Part shown: in pieces, positions 37,105 through 47,194 of the stretch | Numbering within the stretch: position 1 is the first letter of the stretch | Layout: every line of letters starts with the position of its first letter | IMG/VR virus record: IMGVR_UViG_3300024229_000651 | Strand: one strand, 5' to 3' | Source of the DNA: a virus | Taxonomy: Duplodnaviria; Caudoviricetes | Length of the DNA stretch: 64,000 bases | The notes under the pieces: model-generated | Told to the model about the DNA's origin: nothing | What the model saw: the letters and a program-made list of their open reading frames with translations, nothing else | The model's database searches: none | Translations under genes and position numbers: made by a program

Positions 37105-37152
37105 TGATAATCTCCTAAAAATTACTACTGTTATTTATCAGAAAACGCTATT

Positions 37153-38061
37153 CTACTGCGTAACTTCGATTTCTTTTACTGTCGGATATAACGTGGTCAA
37201 TTCCAGTACATCATCCATTGTGTATGCTTTATTTATGTGTCCTAGACGCAAACGTCCTAATCTATATTCAGGTGCTTTGTAGTCTATATAATCGCCTAAA
37301 CCTTGCGACTCGCACCACGTATGGTACTCTTCGATTTTTTCTTTGTCGCTTTTTTCTGTGGGAAAATTTGCAGGATCGTGCTGAAAGTTCGTTGCAACAC
37401 CTGCTGTCATAACCAGTTGTTGCCTGTGTTCCCCACGCTTTATTAGGTCAGCATCGTCTGTCCAAAAACATGCACCGACATCTTTACCAATAGTATCGTA
37501 ATCCATTTCTAAACATCCCCACTGAGAATGGGGCATCCTCAGCATATGGTCGTCATCAGTTAAGTTTAGGTCTGGCAACATCCATTCTGCATAACCGTAT
37601 TGTTTTGCTACAGCAAAGACTTGATTAATTTCTACTGGTGCTGCTTCCATAAAGTGTACAAGTATATTAACACGCTCTAACAAATCTTGTGTTTCATTAA
37701 TACCCGTACCCCATTTTTCAGAATACAACTGAAAAATTTCATGTAGCCTGTTCAATTTATTAACTTGTAAATGAGGTGCAACTGTTAAATCTAACAATAA
37801 ATTATCAGGTATTTGGCAGTACTCATCAAGCTCGTTTATCTGAGATATAACATTATTCATTTCCGTAGCGTAACCCAGCGTTGTGTCTGCGCCTTGACTT
37901 CGTCTAATGTCTATCCGACTAGCTATATCTGATGTAGGCTTAGTTTGAGTTAAAAGTATACAAAGTTTTTCTATTACATCAGCTTGGTATAGCTCGTATG
38001 AGATATGCTCTGTTTTAGTTTTTAAATCGTTTTCAAATACCAAATTAATCGTTGACATCAA
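37153..38061 (-). CDS. Hypothetical protein, 302 aa
   Basis: Long clean ORF downstream of the peroxiredoxin. Confidence 0.7.
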   Translation of the reverse strand: MMSTINLVFENDLKTKTEHISYELYQADVIEKLCILLTQTKPTSDIASRIDIRRSQGADTTLGYATEMNNVISQINELDEYCQIPDNLLLDLTVAPHLQVNKLNRLHEIFQLYSEKWGTGINETQDLLERVNILVHFMEAAPVEINQVFAVAKQYGYAEWMLPDLNLTDDDHMLRMPHSQWGCLEMDYDTIGKDVGACFWTDDADLIKRGEHRQQLVMTAGVATNFQHDPANFPTEKSDKEKIEEYHTWCESQGLGDYIDYKAPEYRLGRLRLGHINKAYTMDDVLELTTLYPTVKEIEVTQ

Positions 38062-38686
38062 TATCCTCTTTGGTGTCCTCTACAGCAACATCGTCTTGTT
38101 CCATTTCCATCTCTGCCGCTTTTGCTTCATCTTCGATACGCTGTAATGCTTCTCTACGAGGTTCGCGGATATCTTCTAAATAATTCATCACTGTTTTAGC
38201 ATCACTAATAGTAAAAGGGTCTTCTGCAAGATTATCCATTTTGTTGGGCTCTGACCAAATGGCCTCTACACGACCTCTATCAACAACCATAGCATATCGA
38301 TGGCTCCTGATGCCAAACCCAAGGTTATCTTTTTTAACAGACATTCCCATAGCTCTTGTAAAGTCTCCCGATCCGTCTGGCAATGCCTTAACGTTAGTTA
38401 TTTCTTGTGCACTAAACCATGCGTTCATTACAAAACTATCATTAACACTTAAACAAAAAACCTCATCGATATCCTGCTCCATAATTCTACTGTAATTAAT
38501 TTCAAAGCCAGGCAAGTGTGTACTTGAGCACGTTGGCGTAAAAGCGCCTGGTAGTGCAAACACCACTACTCTTTTATCATGAAAAATTTCAAATGATGTT
38601 CTGTTTATCCATTCGAAGTCAGCAGTTTTATCACTGCGTTCTCTCATAACAAATGTCATGTCTGGTACATATAATTCTACTGCCAT
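38045..38686 (-). CDS. Peroxiredoxin (Prx5/AhpE-type) with acidic tail
   Basis: FALPGAFTPTCSSTHLPG, SVNDSFVMNAW, DGSGDFT, RSHRYAM; AGGAG SD. Confidence 0.9.
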   Translation of the reverse strand: MAVELYVPDMTFVMRERSDKTADFEWINRTSFEIFHDKRVVVFALPGAFTPTCSSTHLPGFEINYSRIMEQDIDEVFCLSVNDSFVMNAWFSAQEITNVKALPDGSGDFTRAMGMSVKKDNLGFGIRSHRYAMVVDRGRVEAIWSEPNKMDNLAEDPFTISDAKTVMNYLEDIREPRREALQRIEDEAKAAEMEMEQDDVAVEDTKEDIDVND

Positions 38687-38700
38687 AATTTTATCTCCTG

Positions 38701-40281
38701 TTACTGTGTGTTATAATTATCGTCGATTCTAGAAAAGCTCTTAAAAATCTCGTAGATATCACCTTTTATTGTTGCGTTAGGATCGTCTATCAAATCATCT
38801 ATTGTGTGTACTAACCAAGCATTAAGATTTATATAATAGTTATTACCCCAGTTAGTTAGCATTGATGCCATTCGTTCTTGATTTTCAAGAATTTTTGGTT
38901 TTGCGGCGAGTCTACACTGATGTAATTGCTCGGGTGTCTTTTGCTGAAGTTTGTGTACTTCTCTAGCAATTGCTTCTGCACGGTGTTGGCTGCTAACAAT
39001 ATCATCGTAGGACTCGTCGATGCCGAACTCCTCAGCTAGAGTATGGAACCCCAAACGTTTAAACCGTTGCACAAATCCTTGCCAAGAGAAAATAATAGTT
39101 GCTAAACCTAAGTAAAGAGGTTTTAAACTTTTTTCTGTAATGAATAAGTTAGCTTTTTCTGCAGGCTCAGAGTATAGCGCATTAGATTCGCATGTTAACC
39201 AAACATAAGTAGTGTCTTGGAACGGTATGTACTGCGACTCTACACCACCAATGAAATCATGATCGTCTTCTAGAGATTTGCCTGCTCTCATTTTTTCTCT
39301 AAAATCTGCAGCTAGTTCGTCGGAAATTTTGCCGCCCTCTCTGTCAACCCAAGCCTGACAGCCTTCACGAATCATCTCGTTTTCTAAATATTGCCCAGTC
39401 ATCCAAAAATTAGGATTGTGGTTGCTTGGCGCTGTCCCTACATTAAAGTATTGTAATGGTGGATAAAGACTAGTAACGGTTTGATATTGCCAGTAGTCGT
39501 TTTTATAAAGTTCCCAAGCAAGTAATGTTCTAGCTACATCTGGTCTTCTATTCAAAAAGGTTATTGTGCCTGGACGAATTGTATCCCAATCGTTAGTATC
39601 TATAAATTTAAGATATCCGGAACTGCCGGGATCACCCTCATGGAAGTTCATAAACGAATCTGTAGCCATATGGCCAATCATATCCCATGCTGGTATATAA
39701 TGTATAGGCTCTTCACCTAACTCTTCTGTAATACTATTACAGTAATTTTGACCATTTAAATTATGTCCTGTGATGAAGAACTTATTCCTAGGCACTTCGT
39801 ATATCTGTAATATATGACAAATTTGTATTATAATATCTCTAAGTTCTGGGGACTCGTCAAAAAAGTCGAGGACTAGAGCCGGCTGGCCCATTTCGTCCCA
39901 ATGGTCATAAAATTCCAGAAGAAAATCGACTTGTACTTCTCGGAGTTTCCAATTTGTTGTGTATGCCCCTCTGTCGTCAAAATCACCGAATCCACTTGTT
40001 GGTAGAAAAAATCCCACTTTAGCTACATGATTTCTGAAGCCAGTCTGTCCAATTCTTTTACTGAAAGGCATGTTAGCAAAAAACCCGATTAGCGGATGTC
40101 CTTCAATATCCCCCATGTGTGGACCTTTAGTGTCTAAATGGTATGTGTCATAGCCACCGTATATATTACGATGAGACATTACTTGGATAAAATCCAATAG
40201 GGTAGTTTGAACACTGTCATCGTTAATTGTAAAAGAATTTATAACTGGTAGTGCCTTAATGGATATAAGTCGTTTTGCCAT
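38701..40281 (-). CDS. Putative glycosyltransferase (GT10-like E...TEK motif)
   Basis: TFLNRRP, LTCES...FITEKSLKP...LGFHT...DESYD. Confidence 0.5.
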   Translation of the reverse strand: MAKRLISIKALPVINSFTINDDSVQTTLLDFIQVMSHRNIYGGYDTYHLDTKGPHMGDIEGHPLIGFFANMPFSKRIGQTGFRNHVAKVGFFLPTSGFGDFDDRGAYTTNWKLREVQVDFLLEFYDHWDEMGQPALVLDFFDESPELRDIIIQICHILQIYEVPRNKFFITGHNLNGQNYCNSITEELGEEPIHYIPAWDMIGHMATDSFMNFHEGDPGSSGYLKFIDTNDWDTIRPGTITFLNRRPDVARTLLAWELYKNDYWQYQTVTSLYPPLQYFNVGTAPSNHNPNFWMTGQYLENEMIREGCQAWVDREGGKISDELAADFREKMRAGKSLEDDHDFIGGVESQYIPFQDTTYVWLTCESNALYSEPAEKANLFITEKSLKPLYLGLATIIFSWQGFVQRFKRLGFHTLAEEFGIDESYDDIVSSQHRAEAIAREVHKLQQKTPEQLHQCRLAAKPKILENQERMASMLTNWGNNYYINLNAWLVHTIDDLIDDPNATIKGDIYEIFKSFSRIDDNYNTQ

Positions 40282-40283
40282 TG

Positions 40284-40616
40284 TTATAATATTCCCAATT
40301 GATATTTTGCTTCGTCTGTTATTTTATCTGGGTTCCAAGGAGGATCAAATGTTAAAATAACCTTGACGGTATTTATGTTTGACACAGCTCGTGTTGCAAA
40401 CTCTACTTCCATAGGAAGTATCTCAGCAGCCGGACAATTAGGCGATGTTAATGTCATCGTTACACGGGCGTTTGTATCAGCATCTACAGTTACATCATAG
40501 ATTAATCCTAGGTCATAAACATTTAAATTAATTTCAGGATCAAATACTTTTTTTAAATTTGCTACAATTAAATCTTCTAATTGACTTAAGAGTTGAGTTT
40601 CTTGAATATCTTCCAT
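40284..40616 (-). CDS. sufT: Fe-S assembly protein SufT (DUF59/MIP18)
   Basis: VFDPEINLNVYDLGLIY, MTLTSPNCP, FDPPW; start refined to MEDIQ. Confidence 0.88.
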   Translation of the reverse strand: MEDIQETQLLSQLEDLIVANLKKVFDPEINLNVYDLGLIYDVTVDADTNARVTMTLTSPNCPAAEILPMEVEFATRAVSNINTVKVILTFDPPWNPDKITDEAKYQLGIL

Positions 40617-41806
40617 AGACCTTCTACTAGTTGTACGCAATCATTCTCATCATTATAAGGTGCTAGGCTTACTCTGAGCACACCTGATTCCGTTGGGTTA
40701 TATCTGCAACTTGCAGGGTATGCACACAAGTGTCCGGATCGAACACACACATCTTCCATACCAAGTAATGTTGCCACATCACCTGCATCATGATCCTTCA
40801 AAACAAAACTATACACACTTCTGAACGTCTTAGGTCCTATCAGTTTCATATCATCGATAGCAAACAGTCCCTTTTCTTTCAGCATGTTGTAGAATTCTTT
40901 TTCACACTCTGCTATAGTTTTGTAAGTAGTGTCTTGTATCCATTGAGCAGCAGCACCTATACTGTGTACTCCTGCAATATTTGGTGTTCCAGCTTCAATA
41001 CGGCTAGGGTCACTGTTCAAGTCGTATTTGTCGAAATTTAGCCACTGTACTGTGCCGCCGCCAACACTCAATTCGACATCGTGGAATCCTCCACGTTTAA
41101 AAATTACACCTATTCCAGTACTAGCAAACATCTTGTGTCCGCTGAATACTAACCAATCCATATTTGACGACTGCACATCAATAGGCTTGTGGCCGATTGT
41201 TTGACATGCATCTAGCATTACTTCACAGCCTTGCTCTTTTGCAATTTGTACCATGTCTCGCCATTTTAACTCAAGGCCCGTTAGGTTACTTTGTGTTGTT
41301 ATTGATACAAACGTTCCTGGCTTAGCATATTCCAATGCTGTGTAAAAGTCTTCCAAACTGACGTCACCGTGATCGCTTGCTTGAACAACGATTAGATCTC
41401 CTTGATCTTGTCCTCTGCCGGCTTTAATCCATGGCATAATATTACTATGGTGTTCAAGCTCAGTAATTATTACTTTCCTGTCCCTATCGATACTTTCTGC
41501 TATTCGATTAAGACCATCTGTAGTACCAGATGTAAATGCAATCTCATAAGGTTTTGCATTAATTAGTTTTGCAACTTGTTCTCTAGCTTGCTCATATAAA
41601 TTGGATGCTGTCATCGCTGAAGCATATTCGCCTCTGTGAATATTGCTTCTATAATTATAATGATAATCACTGACTGCTTTGATCGCAGTGTCCACAGTTT
41701 GTGATGTGGCTGCATTATCCAAGTAATGGATTTTTGCATAATTCAAACTGGGAAACTGGGATCTAATATTGGCAATTTGTTTTGCCTTTTCGTAAACTCT
41801 TAACAT
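40586..41806 (-). CDS. sufS: Cysteine desulfurase, SufS (group II)
   Basis: YLDNAATSQ, EHHSN, DACQ, FSGHK (PLP Lys), EAGTP, VRSGHLCA (Cys). Confidence 0.92.
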   Translation of the reverse strand: MLRVYEKAKQIANIRSQFPSLNYAKIHYLDNAATSQTVDTAIKAVSDYHYNYRSNIHRGEYASAMTASNLYEQAREQVAKLINAKPYEIAFTSGTTDGLNRIAESIDRDRKVIITELEHHSNIMPWIKAGRGQDQGDLIVVQASDHGDVSLEDFYTALEYAKPGTFVSITTQSNLTGLELKWRDMVQIAKEQGCEVMLDACQTIGHKPIDVQSSNMDWLVFSGHKMFASTGIGVIFKRGGFHDVELSVGGGTVQWLNFDKYDLNSDPSRIEAGTPNIAGVHSIGAAAQWIQDTTYKTIAECEKEFYNMLKEKGLFAIDDMKLIGPKTFRSVYSFVLKDHDAGDVATLLGMEDVCVRSGHLCAYPASCRYNPTESGVLRVSLAPYNDENDCVQLVEGLWKIFKKLNS

Positions 41807-43056
41807 AAAAAACTTTCCACTAAAATTGTTTTGGCTTGATCAGGTGAAACTCCCTTTGTCTGCAAATAATATAAAGCAGAATCATCAACATTACTTATGG
41901 TACAACCATGTGCACATTCTATTTCTTTGGTCTTAATATCAAGCTGAGGCCGTGAACGCATTATGCTGCTACTATCTAACATAATATTTTTGTTAAACAT
42001 GTTGCCGCTAAAACCCGTGCCATGTTGATCAACTAGGAATGTCCCTACAAAACTTGTTGTGCTGTGTTCATGTCCTACTGTTCTGATATCAACATCACAC
42101 GAATTATTTGTAGACTTAGTTTCAAAAAATACTTCCGAATGATACTCGTTCCCTTTCCCAATATTATTTCTACCATTTATGTTAACTGTGACATCTTTTG
42201 TGGCATCCACATAAAAATTTTCCACACTGTAATGACTACCTGTATTTTTAACATCAATGTTTAATGTACTACCAGGGTAGCAAATGAACACACTGTCAAA
42301 TATACCCCAAGTGCCGCCTTTTGATAGTGTTTCTCTTTGTAGATTAAGAGTAGCATTTTCTCGTAAAATATAGACCACATAGTTAAGTTGGCCGGCTTGC
42401 AAATCTACTAACTCATTTAAGTTGACTGCGCTGTTTGCCTTGATGTCAATAACATTTGTATTGCTTTCCAATATAGGATCGTCAACAGAATTACAGTACT
42501 CTATTACTACAGGCGAATCGTTTGATTTATTAATTGTAATAACATTAGGAAATACCGTTGATGCTATAGTTAGATCACCAAAACCTTTTGTATTTTCTAG
42601 ATACGTTGTGTATTTGTCGTACTTGTAGTTTCTATTGATGTCGTCGAATAATCTGACTTTGGAAGTTTTCTCATGTAGGTCGTTAGTAGTGAAGGCATTA
42701 CTGTCACAAAAAATAATTGTTTCTTTAGGGCCTGTAGCCAAACGATCAAATCTATTTAACTGCATATTATAATAATCAACAGTATTACCTACGTCTGATG
42801 TATCGAGTATGTCAGTCTTATATATTTTGTTGAGATTAAAATCGCCGAACACTTTGTGCTTTTTGTTGGGGAGACCAGCTCCGGCAAGTCCAGTCAACGC
42901 TGTTGTATAATAATCTGCTTTGGAGTCCCCATAGGAATTAAAATAAAGTTCCGCCCACTTATCATCCGTTAAGTAATTGTATAAGTCCTCAAGCTGATAA
43001 AACTTTTTTGTTGGGGCTTCTTGAAATGTTGTGTGGGCGCATAATCTCTTAAACAC
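41800..43056 (-). CDS. sufD: Fe-S assembly protein SufD
   Basis: C-terminal RPQLDIKTKEIECAHGCTIS...LYYLQTKG; position between sufC and sufS. Confidence 0.82.
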   Translation of the reverse strand: MFKRLCAHTTFQEAPTKKFYQLEDLYNYLTDDKWAELYFNSYGDSKADYYTTALTGLAGAGLPNKKHKVFGDFNLNKIYKTDILDTSDVGNTVDYYNMQLNRFDRLATGPKETIIFCDSNAFTTNDLHEKTSKVRLFDDINRNYKYDKYTTYLENTKGFGDLTIASTVFPNVITINKSNDSPVVIEYCNSVDDPILESNTNVIDIKANSAVNLNELVDLQAGQLNYVVYILRENATLNLQRETLSKGGTWGIFDSVFICYPGSTLNIDVKNTGSHYSVENFYVDATKDVTVNINGRNNIGKGNEYHSEVFFETKSTNNSCDVDIRTVGHEHSTTSFVGTFLVDQHGTGFSGNMFNKNIMLDSSSIMRSRPQLDIKTKEIECAHGCTISNVDDSALYYLQTKGVSPDQAKTILVESFLC

Positions 43057-43744
43057 TTTTAAATCCTGATTGGAAAATTTTATCTGCTATTTCAATTCCG
43101 CCCGTTATCGTACCAGTGGGTTGTAGGACAACAACTGTGTCTGGGTTTATACCAGCAATTAGTTTTTCATAGTGTGTTACAACTATGAGAGTTCTATCAG
43201 ATGATTTCCATTTATTCAGCGATTCAATCAAACTGTCGATGCCGTCTACGTCAAGTCCACTATCCGGTTCGTCAAGCATTGCAACACTAACATCAAGCAT
43301 GTTCATTTGAATAAGTTCGTTCTTCTTTTTCTCACCGCCGCTTGCATCTGTGTTAATGCTCTTTCGGTCCCACAAATCTGGTAGTGCGAGTTCTGCGCTC
43401 AACTCTTTAAATTCTTTCAGCTTTGTAACAATATCAGCGCCGCTTAAATCAAGTGCTTGTTTTAGCATCTGGAAGTTACTCAAGCCAGGTATAGGAGTAG
43501 GCGTTTGAAATCCTAAAAATAATCCAGCCTGTGCACGTTCATGGACTTCTTTATCGGATATAATTTCGTTATTGAGTATAACTTCACCTGATACTTCTAT
43601 ATCAGGTCGGCCCATAATTGCGTGGAGTAGTGTGCTCTTTCCAACACCATTACTTCCCATAATTACATAAGTTTTGCCCACTTCAAAGGAAAGCGATATA
43701 TCCTTTAAAACATTGTTAACATTTAACTTTTTAATTTCTAACAT
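43049..43744 (-). CDS. sufC: Fe-S assembly ATPase SufC
   Basis: GSNGVGKSTL, FLGFQTP, SGGEKKKNE, LDEPDSGLD, VTHY. Confidence 0.93.
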   Translation of the reverse strand: MLEIKKLNVNNVLKDISLSFEVGKTYVIMGSNGVGKSTLLHAIMGRPDIEVSGEVILNNEIISDKEVHERAQAGLFLGFQTPTPIPGLSNFQMLKQALDLSGADIVTKLKEFKELSAELALPDLWDRKSINTDASGGEKKKNELIQMNMLDVSVAMLDEPDSGLDVDGIDSLIESLNKWKSSDRTLIVVTHYEKLIAGINPDTVVVLQPTGTITGGIEIADKIFQSGFKSV

Positions 43745-43750
43745 GTGTGT

Positions 43751-43779
43751 ATTATACCTGATGTGTTGTGTTTTGTCAA
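43751..43779 (-). promoter_or_regulatory. Perfect sigma70 promoter, leaderless spacing to sufC
   Basis: TTGACA-17-TATAAT-acacac-ATG. Confidence 0.8.
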
Positions 43780-43786
43780 TAATTAT

Positions 43787-44044
43787 TTAGACTTCTTTGC
43801 GTACAGATTTGCTATACTTGTACATACTTGTGCCGTGTTCTAGTTTAAATATATAACTTTTTTGCCAGCAGTCTAATTGTATAGGTGTCATTCGACCTTT
43901 ACATTCTTTAATGTTTTCCTGCTTCCATTCGGCTGTTGTATCAGGATCCTTCCACTTTAGTTTTTCTAATACTGTTCTTCCACAACCCTGACATTGATTG
44001 GTATATTTGTCGTGCATGCACAAACTAATACAAGGACTGATCAC
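43787..44044 (-). CDS. DUF1289-like predicted Fe-S protein
   Basis: SPCISLC...CQGCGRT...W. Confidence 0.8.
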   Translation of the reverse strand: MISPCISLCMHDKYTNQCQGCGRTVLEKLKWKDPDTTAEWKQENIKECKGRMTPIQLDCWQKSYIFKLEHGTSMYKYSKSVRKEV

Positions 44045-45492
44045 CCCACAGCACCTTCCATTGTAACGCTCAATAATTGGTTTGCTTCAGCAGCAAACTC
44101 TAGTGGCAAGTGTTGGAATACATCCTTACAAAATCCGCTGACAACAAGGTTAAGTGCATCGTCTTCAGCAAACCCTCTACTCTGTAAGTAATACATTTGT
44201 TCTTCGCTGATCTTGCCGGCGCTTGCTTCATGCTCGACTTTTGCAGTACTGTTTGTAGAGCTGACATATGGTATTGTGAGTGCTCTACTGTTCTGCATCA
44301 TCAAGCTGTCACATTTAGTGAAGTTACTAGCATTGTCAGCCTTACCGTTAATTTTTACCATGCCTCTGTAAGTACTAGTACTATCACCAAAACTTATACC
44401 TTTAGCGATAATTGTGCTTTTAGTATCTTTACCAACATGAATCATTTTACTGCCAGTGTCTGCTTGTTGTTTGCCTTTAGTAACAGCAACACTAAAAAAC
44501 TCGCCCACACTGTTATCGCCTTTAAGAATACAACTTGGATACTTCCATGTTACTGCTGAGCCAGTCTCAACTTGAGTCCATGATACTTTACTGCTCTCAC
44601 CTTCGCATAAGGCTCGTTTGGTAACAAAGTTATATACACCACCTACACCGTTCTCATCGCCTGGATACCAATTTTGTACTGTACTGTATTTGATCTCTGC
44701 TCTGTCTAGTGTTACAAGCTCCACAACTGCCGCATGCAGGGTGTTCTCATCGTATGCAGGCGCTGTACAACCTTCTAAGTAACTTACATAACTATCATCG
44801 TCTGCGATAATAAGTGTGCGTTCAAACTGCCCTGTATTACGAGCATTTATTCTAAAGTATGTGTTAAGTTCCATTGGGCATCTAACACCCTTTGGGATAT
44901 AGCAAAATGTGCCGTCGGAAAACACTGCACTATTCAAGCATGAAAAATAGTTATCGCTGTATGAGACAACACTGCCTAAATATTTTTGTACAAGTTCGGG
45001 ATGTTCCTTTACTGCTTCACTAATACTACAAAAAATAATTCCGTCTTTTTCTAGCTCTGCTTTAAAAGTAGTGGCAACACTGACAGAATCAAAAACAGCA
45101 TCAATTGCCACAGTTGGGATAATCCTATCGTCATTCTCACTCTCAATTCCAAGCAGTGCATCACGTTCATGCAGTGGGACACCCAACTTGTCGAATGTGT
45201 CCAATATTTCCTGAGGTATTTCATCTTTGTTTCTTATTTTAGGCGCCGAATAGAAACTCATTGCCTGATAGTCTGGTCTGTCATAATTTAACTCTGACCA
45301 GTCCGGTTCTGATAACTGTTGCCATCTCTTGAAGGCTTTGAGTCTAAAGTTTAAGAGCCATTCTGGTTCATCCTTCATTTGGCTCAGTCTACGAACGATG
45401 TTTTCATCTAAACCCGGTTCAAAGTCTTCGCTTTCAATTTCAGTACGAAAGCCTTCCTTGTATTGTGTAGTTTCTATTGTGTCAGCTTTCAT
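44041..45492 (-). CDS. sufB: Fe-S assembly scaffold SufB
   Basis: [41 protein letters not shown]. Confidence 0.96.
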   Translation of the reverse strand: MKADTIETTQYKEGFRTEIESEDFEPGLDENIVRRLSQMKDEPEWLLNFRLKAFKRWQQLSEPDWSELNYDRPDYQAMSFYSAPKIRNKDEIPQEILDTFDKLGVPLHERDALLGIESENDDRIIPTVAIDAVFDSVSVATTFKAELEKDGIIFCSISEAVKEHPELVQKYLGSVVSYSDNYFSCLNSAVFSDGTFCYIPKGVRCPMELNTYFRINARNTGQFERTLIIADDDSYVSYLEGCTAPAYDENTLHAAVVELVTLDRAEIKYSTVQNWYPGDENGVGGVYNFVTKRALCEGESSKVSWTQVETGSAVTWKYPSCILKGDNSVGEFFSVAVTKGKQQADTGSKMIHVGKDTKSTIIAKGISFGDSTSTYRGMVKINGKADNASNFTKCDSLMMQNSRALTIPYVSSTNSTAKVEHEASAGKISEEQMYYLQSRGFAEDDALNLVVSGFCKDVFQHLPLEFAAEANQLLSVTMEGAVG

Positions 45493-45788
45493 TCGATTCG
45501 TTCAAAGTTAACTTTAAGTGGGTGTCCGGCCATTCTGGCAAGTGTAGTGGCTTCGGTCGTTTTCTGTTCAGCTATCTCATGATTGTAGGTTCCAGCGACA
45601 GCCGAGTCCTCACTATGTATCCGCATAGTTACATCTTGTGCCGTTTCCAATGAGGTGTTGAACACATCGATAAGCATCTGTATTACAAACGCCATTGGTG
45701 TAAAATCATCATTGTACACAATCACATTGAACCTGGGCGGGTAAGATAACCTTGTTTCTGTGTGTGTTTTTACTTGTGCGTTAGCCAT
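45489..45788 (-). CDS. clpS: Clp protease adaptor ClpS
   Basis: [19 protein letters not shown]...IH; N-degron-binding NDD/M/H residues present. Confidence 0.92.
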   Translation of the reverse strand: MANAQVKTHTETRLSYPPRFNVIVYNDDFTPMAFVIQMLIDVFNTSLETAQDVTMRIHSEDSAVAGTYNHEIAEQKTTEATTLARMAGHPLKVNFERIE

Positions 45789-45807
45789 TTAATACTGTCC
45801 AGTTAGT

Positions 45808-45827
45808 AGGGGAGGTATTCCTCCCCT
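45808..45827. other. GC-rich hairpin between hsp20 and clpS
   Basis: AGGGGAGG-N4-CCTCCCCT; no T tract on the coding (minus) strand. Confidence 0.6.
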
Positions 45828-45836
45828 GGGTTTTAT

Positions 45837-46274
45837 TTAAGATATTTTAATTTTTTGGGGTTTCATTGCATCAGGAATGTGCCTGACTAATGTTACTCTC
45901 AAAATGCCATCTTCTAATTTAGCACTATCAACTTCAACATACTCTGCAAGTTTGAATGTTCTCACAAAGTTGCGTTCTGCAATACCTTTGTGTAGGAACT
46001 CTCTGCCGTCTTGGTCTAACACCTGTGAGTTACCTGTTATTTTTAATGTACCATCTTCCAACTCGATGTCGATATCACTACGCTTAAATCCTGCTAGGGC
46101 AAGAGTAATCTCATAAACATCGTTATCGTCTTTGGAAATGTTGTACGGAGGGTATCCAGTCACATTTGCGAATGCAGGTTCGTTGAAGAATTCATTCATA
46201 ACTCTATCGAAGCCAACGCTGGCTCTGAATAGAGGGTTTAGGGTTTCGGTTGTCAATCTGAATTGCTTTGTCAT
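45837..46274 (-). CDS. Small heat shock protein Hsp20 (IbpA-like)
   Basis: GYPPYNI, LALAGF, LHKGIAERNF, LEDGIL, KPQKIKI. Confidence 0.93.
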   Translation of the reverse strand: MTKQFRLTTETLNPLFRASVGFDRVMNEFFNEPAFANVTGYPPYNISKDDNDVYEITLALAGFKRSDIDIELEDGTLKITGNSQVLDQDGREFLHKGIAERNFVRTFKLAEYVEVDSAKLEDGILRVTLVRHIPDAMKPQKIKIS

Positions 46275-46352
46275 AATAATCTCCTTTATAAAGCAAGTTA
46301 TTTTTGTAACAGTATCAAATACCCATATCTGGCGTATTGTTTGTTACACATC
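46275..46352 (-). promoter_or_regulatory. ROSE-like RNA thermometer in the hsp20 5' UTR
   Basis: CTTGCTTTATAAAGGAG hairpin pairs UUGCU with the SD; a long upstream hairpin (TGTAACA...TGTTACA); ATAAATA at 46353-46359. Confidence 0.7.
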
Positions 46353-46368
46353 TATTTATCCATTATAA

Positions 46369-46785
46369 TTAACTAGAAAATAAATTGTTGAAACTTTCTT
46401 CTAATGATCTAACCGGGAGCCTATCATAAAACTTTAATTTAAACAACATAACATCTTCCTCAGTCCAAGCTCGCCCATCAGGCTTTGCTACAACATTAAG
46501 GTACATAGTTGAATAGTCTGGTGAGTTCGAATCGTCCTCCCAACTGTTCCCCCACGACATCATAATTTTGTAATCCATCTTTGCGTCATTGAAGAATTTG
46601 ACAAAAGGCTGTATCACATTGTGTACAGCCATTTCATTTATCCATTCGTAATCAGCATCATCAGAAACAGGTGCACTAACAAGCAGTATAGAATCTACTG
46701 TTTCATTGTGCACATTTTTCTGTAAGAAGTTATCAATTTCCTTTGGCACCGAGATAATCCTTTTCTTTACTAGTCTTGATTGCAT
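46369..46785 (-). CDS. Hypothetical protein (start uncertain)
   Basis: ORF fills the gap; the listed start overlaps the HNH gene. Confidence 0.55.
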   Translation of the reverse strand: MQSRLVKKRIISVPKEIDNFLQKNVHNETVDSILLVSAPVSDDADYEWINEMAVHNVIQPFVKFFNDAKMDYKIMMSWGNSWEDDSNSPDYSTMYLNVVAKPDGRAWTEEDVMLFKLKFYDRLPVRSLEESFNNLFSS

Positions 46786-47185
46786 GACATCTACAGCACA
46801 AAGTTTGAATGTTATCCTTGGTGTTTGATCCGCCTCGGCTTTTCAATTCAATATGATCTCCGTGCATCACACTACGCATACATCGAAGTTTGTGAAATTC
46901 ATCTTCAATATCGTCAAACTGAGGATCTTTGCGTGGATCGTAGCCGCATGCCTCGCATACCCACCCTCGATAGAATGTATGAGGGCGTTCAGGTTTACCC
47001 ATCCCGCCGTATTCAGTGCACTCAAGTTGATGATGTCTGCAAAGTATTTTGCTACCCGGTCCTTCGTAGTTGCTGAGAGGACTATCGCAGTCCTCTAGCA
47101 TACAGGTTGAATTAACACGAGTTTCTTTGAGATACTGGGTCGTGCTTTTAACTTTATCGTTATCGGGATCTCTAAGCATTTCCAA
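46733..47185 (-). CDS. HNH endonuclease
   Basis: DHIELKSRGGSNTKDNIQTLCCRCH, with extra CxxC motifs. Confidence 0.85.
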   Translation of the reverse strand: MEMLRDPDNDKVKSTTQYLKETRVNSTCMLEDCDSPLSNYEGPGSKILCRHHQLECTEYGGMGKPERPHTFYRGWVCEACGYDPRKDPQFDDIEDEFHKLRCMRSVMHGDHIELKSRGGSNTKDNIQTLCCRCHAIKTSKEKDYLGAKGN

Positions 47186-47194
47186 CTCCTATCC

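Noticed and set aside
46733-47185. Group I intron or intron-encoded HNH
   Set aside because: The flanking ORFs are not two halves of one recognisable gene, and there is no non-coding space for an intron core.
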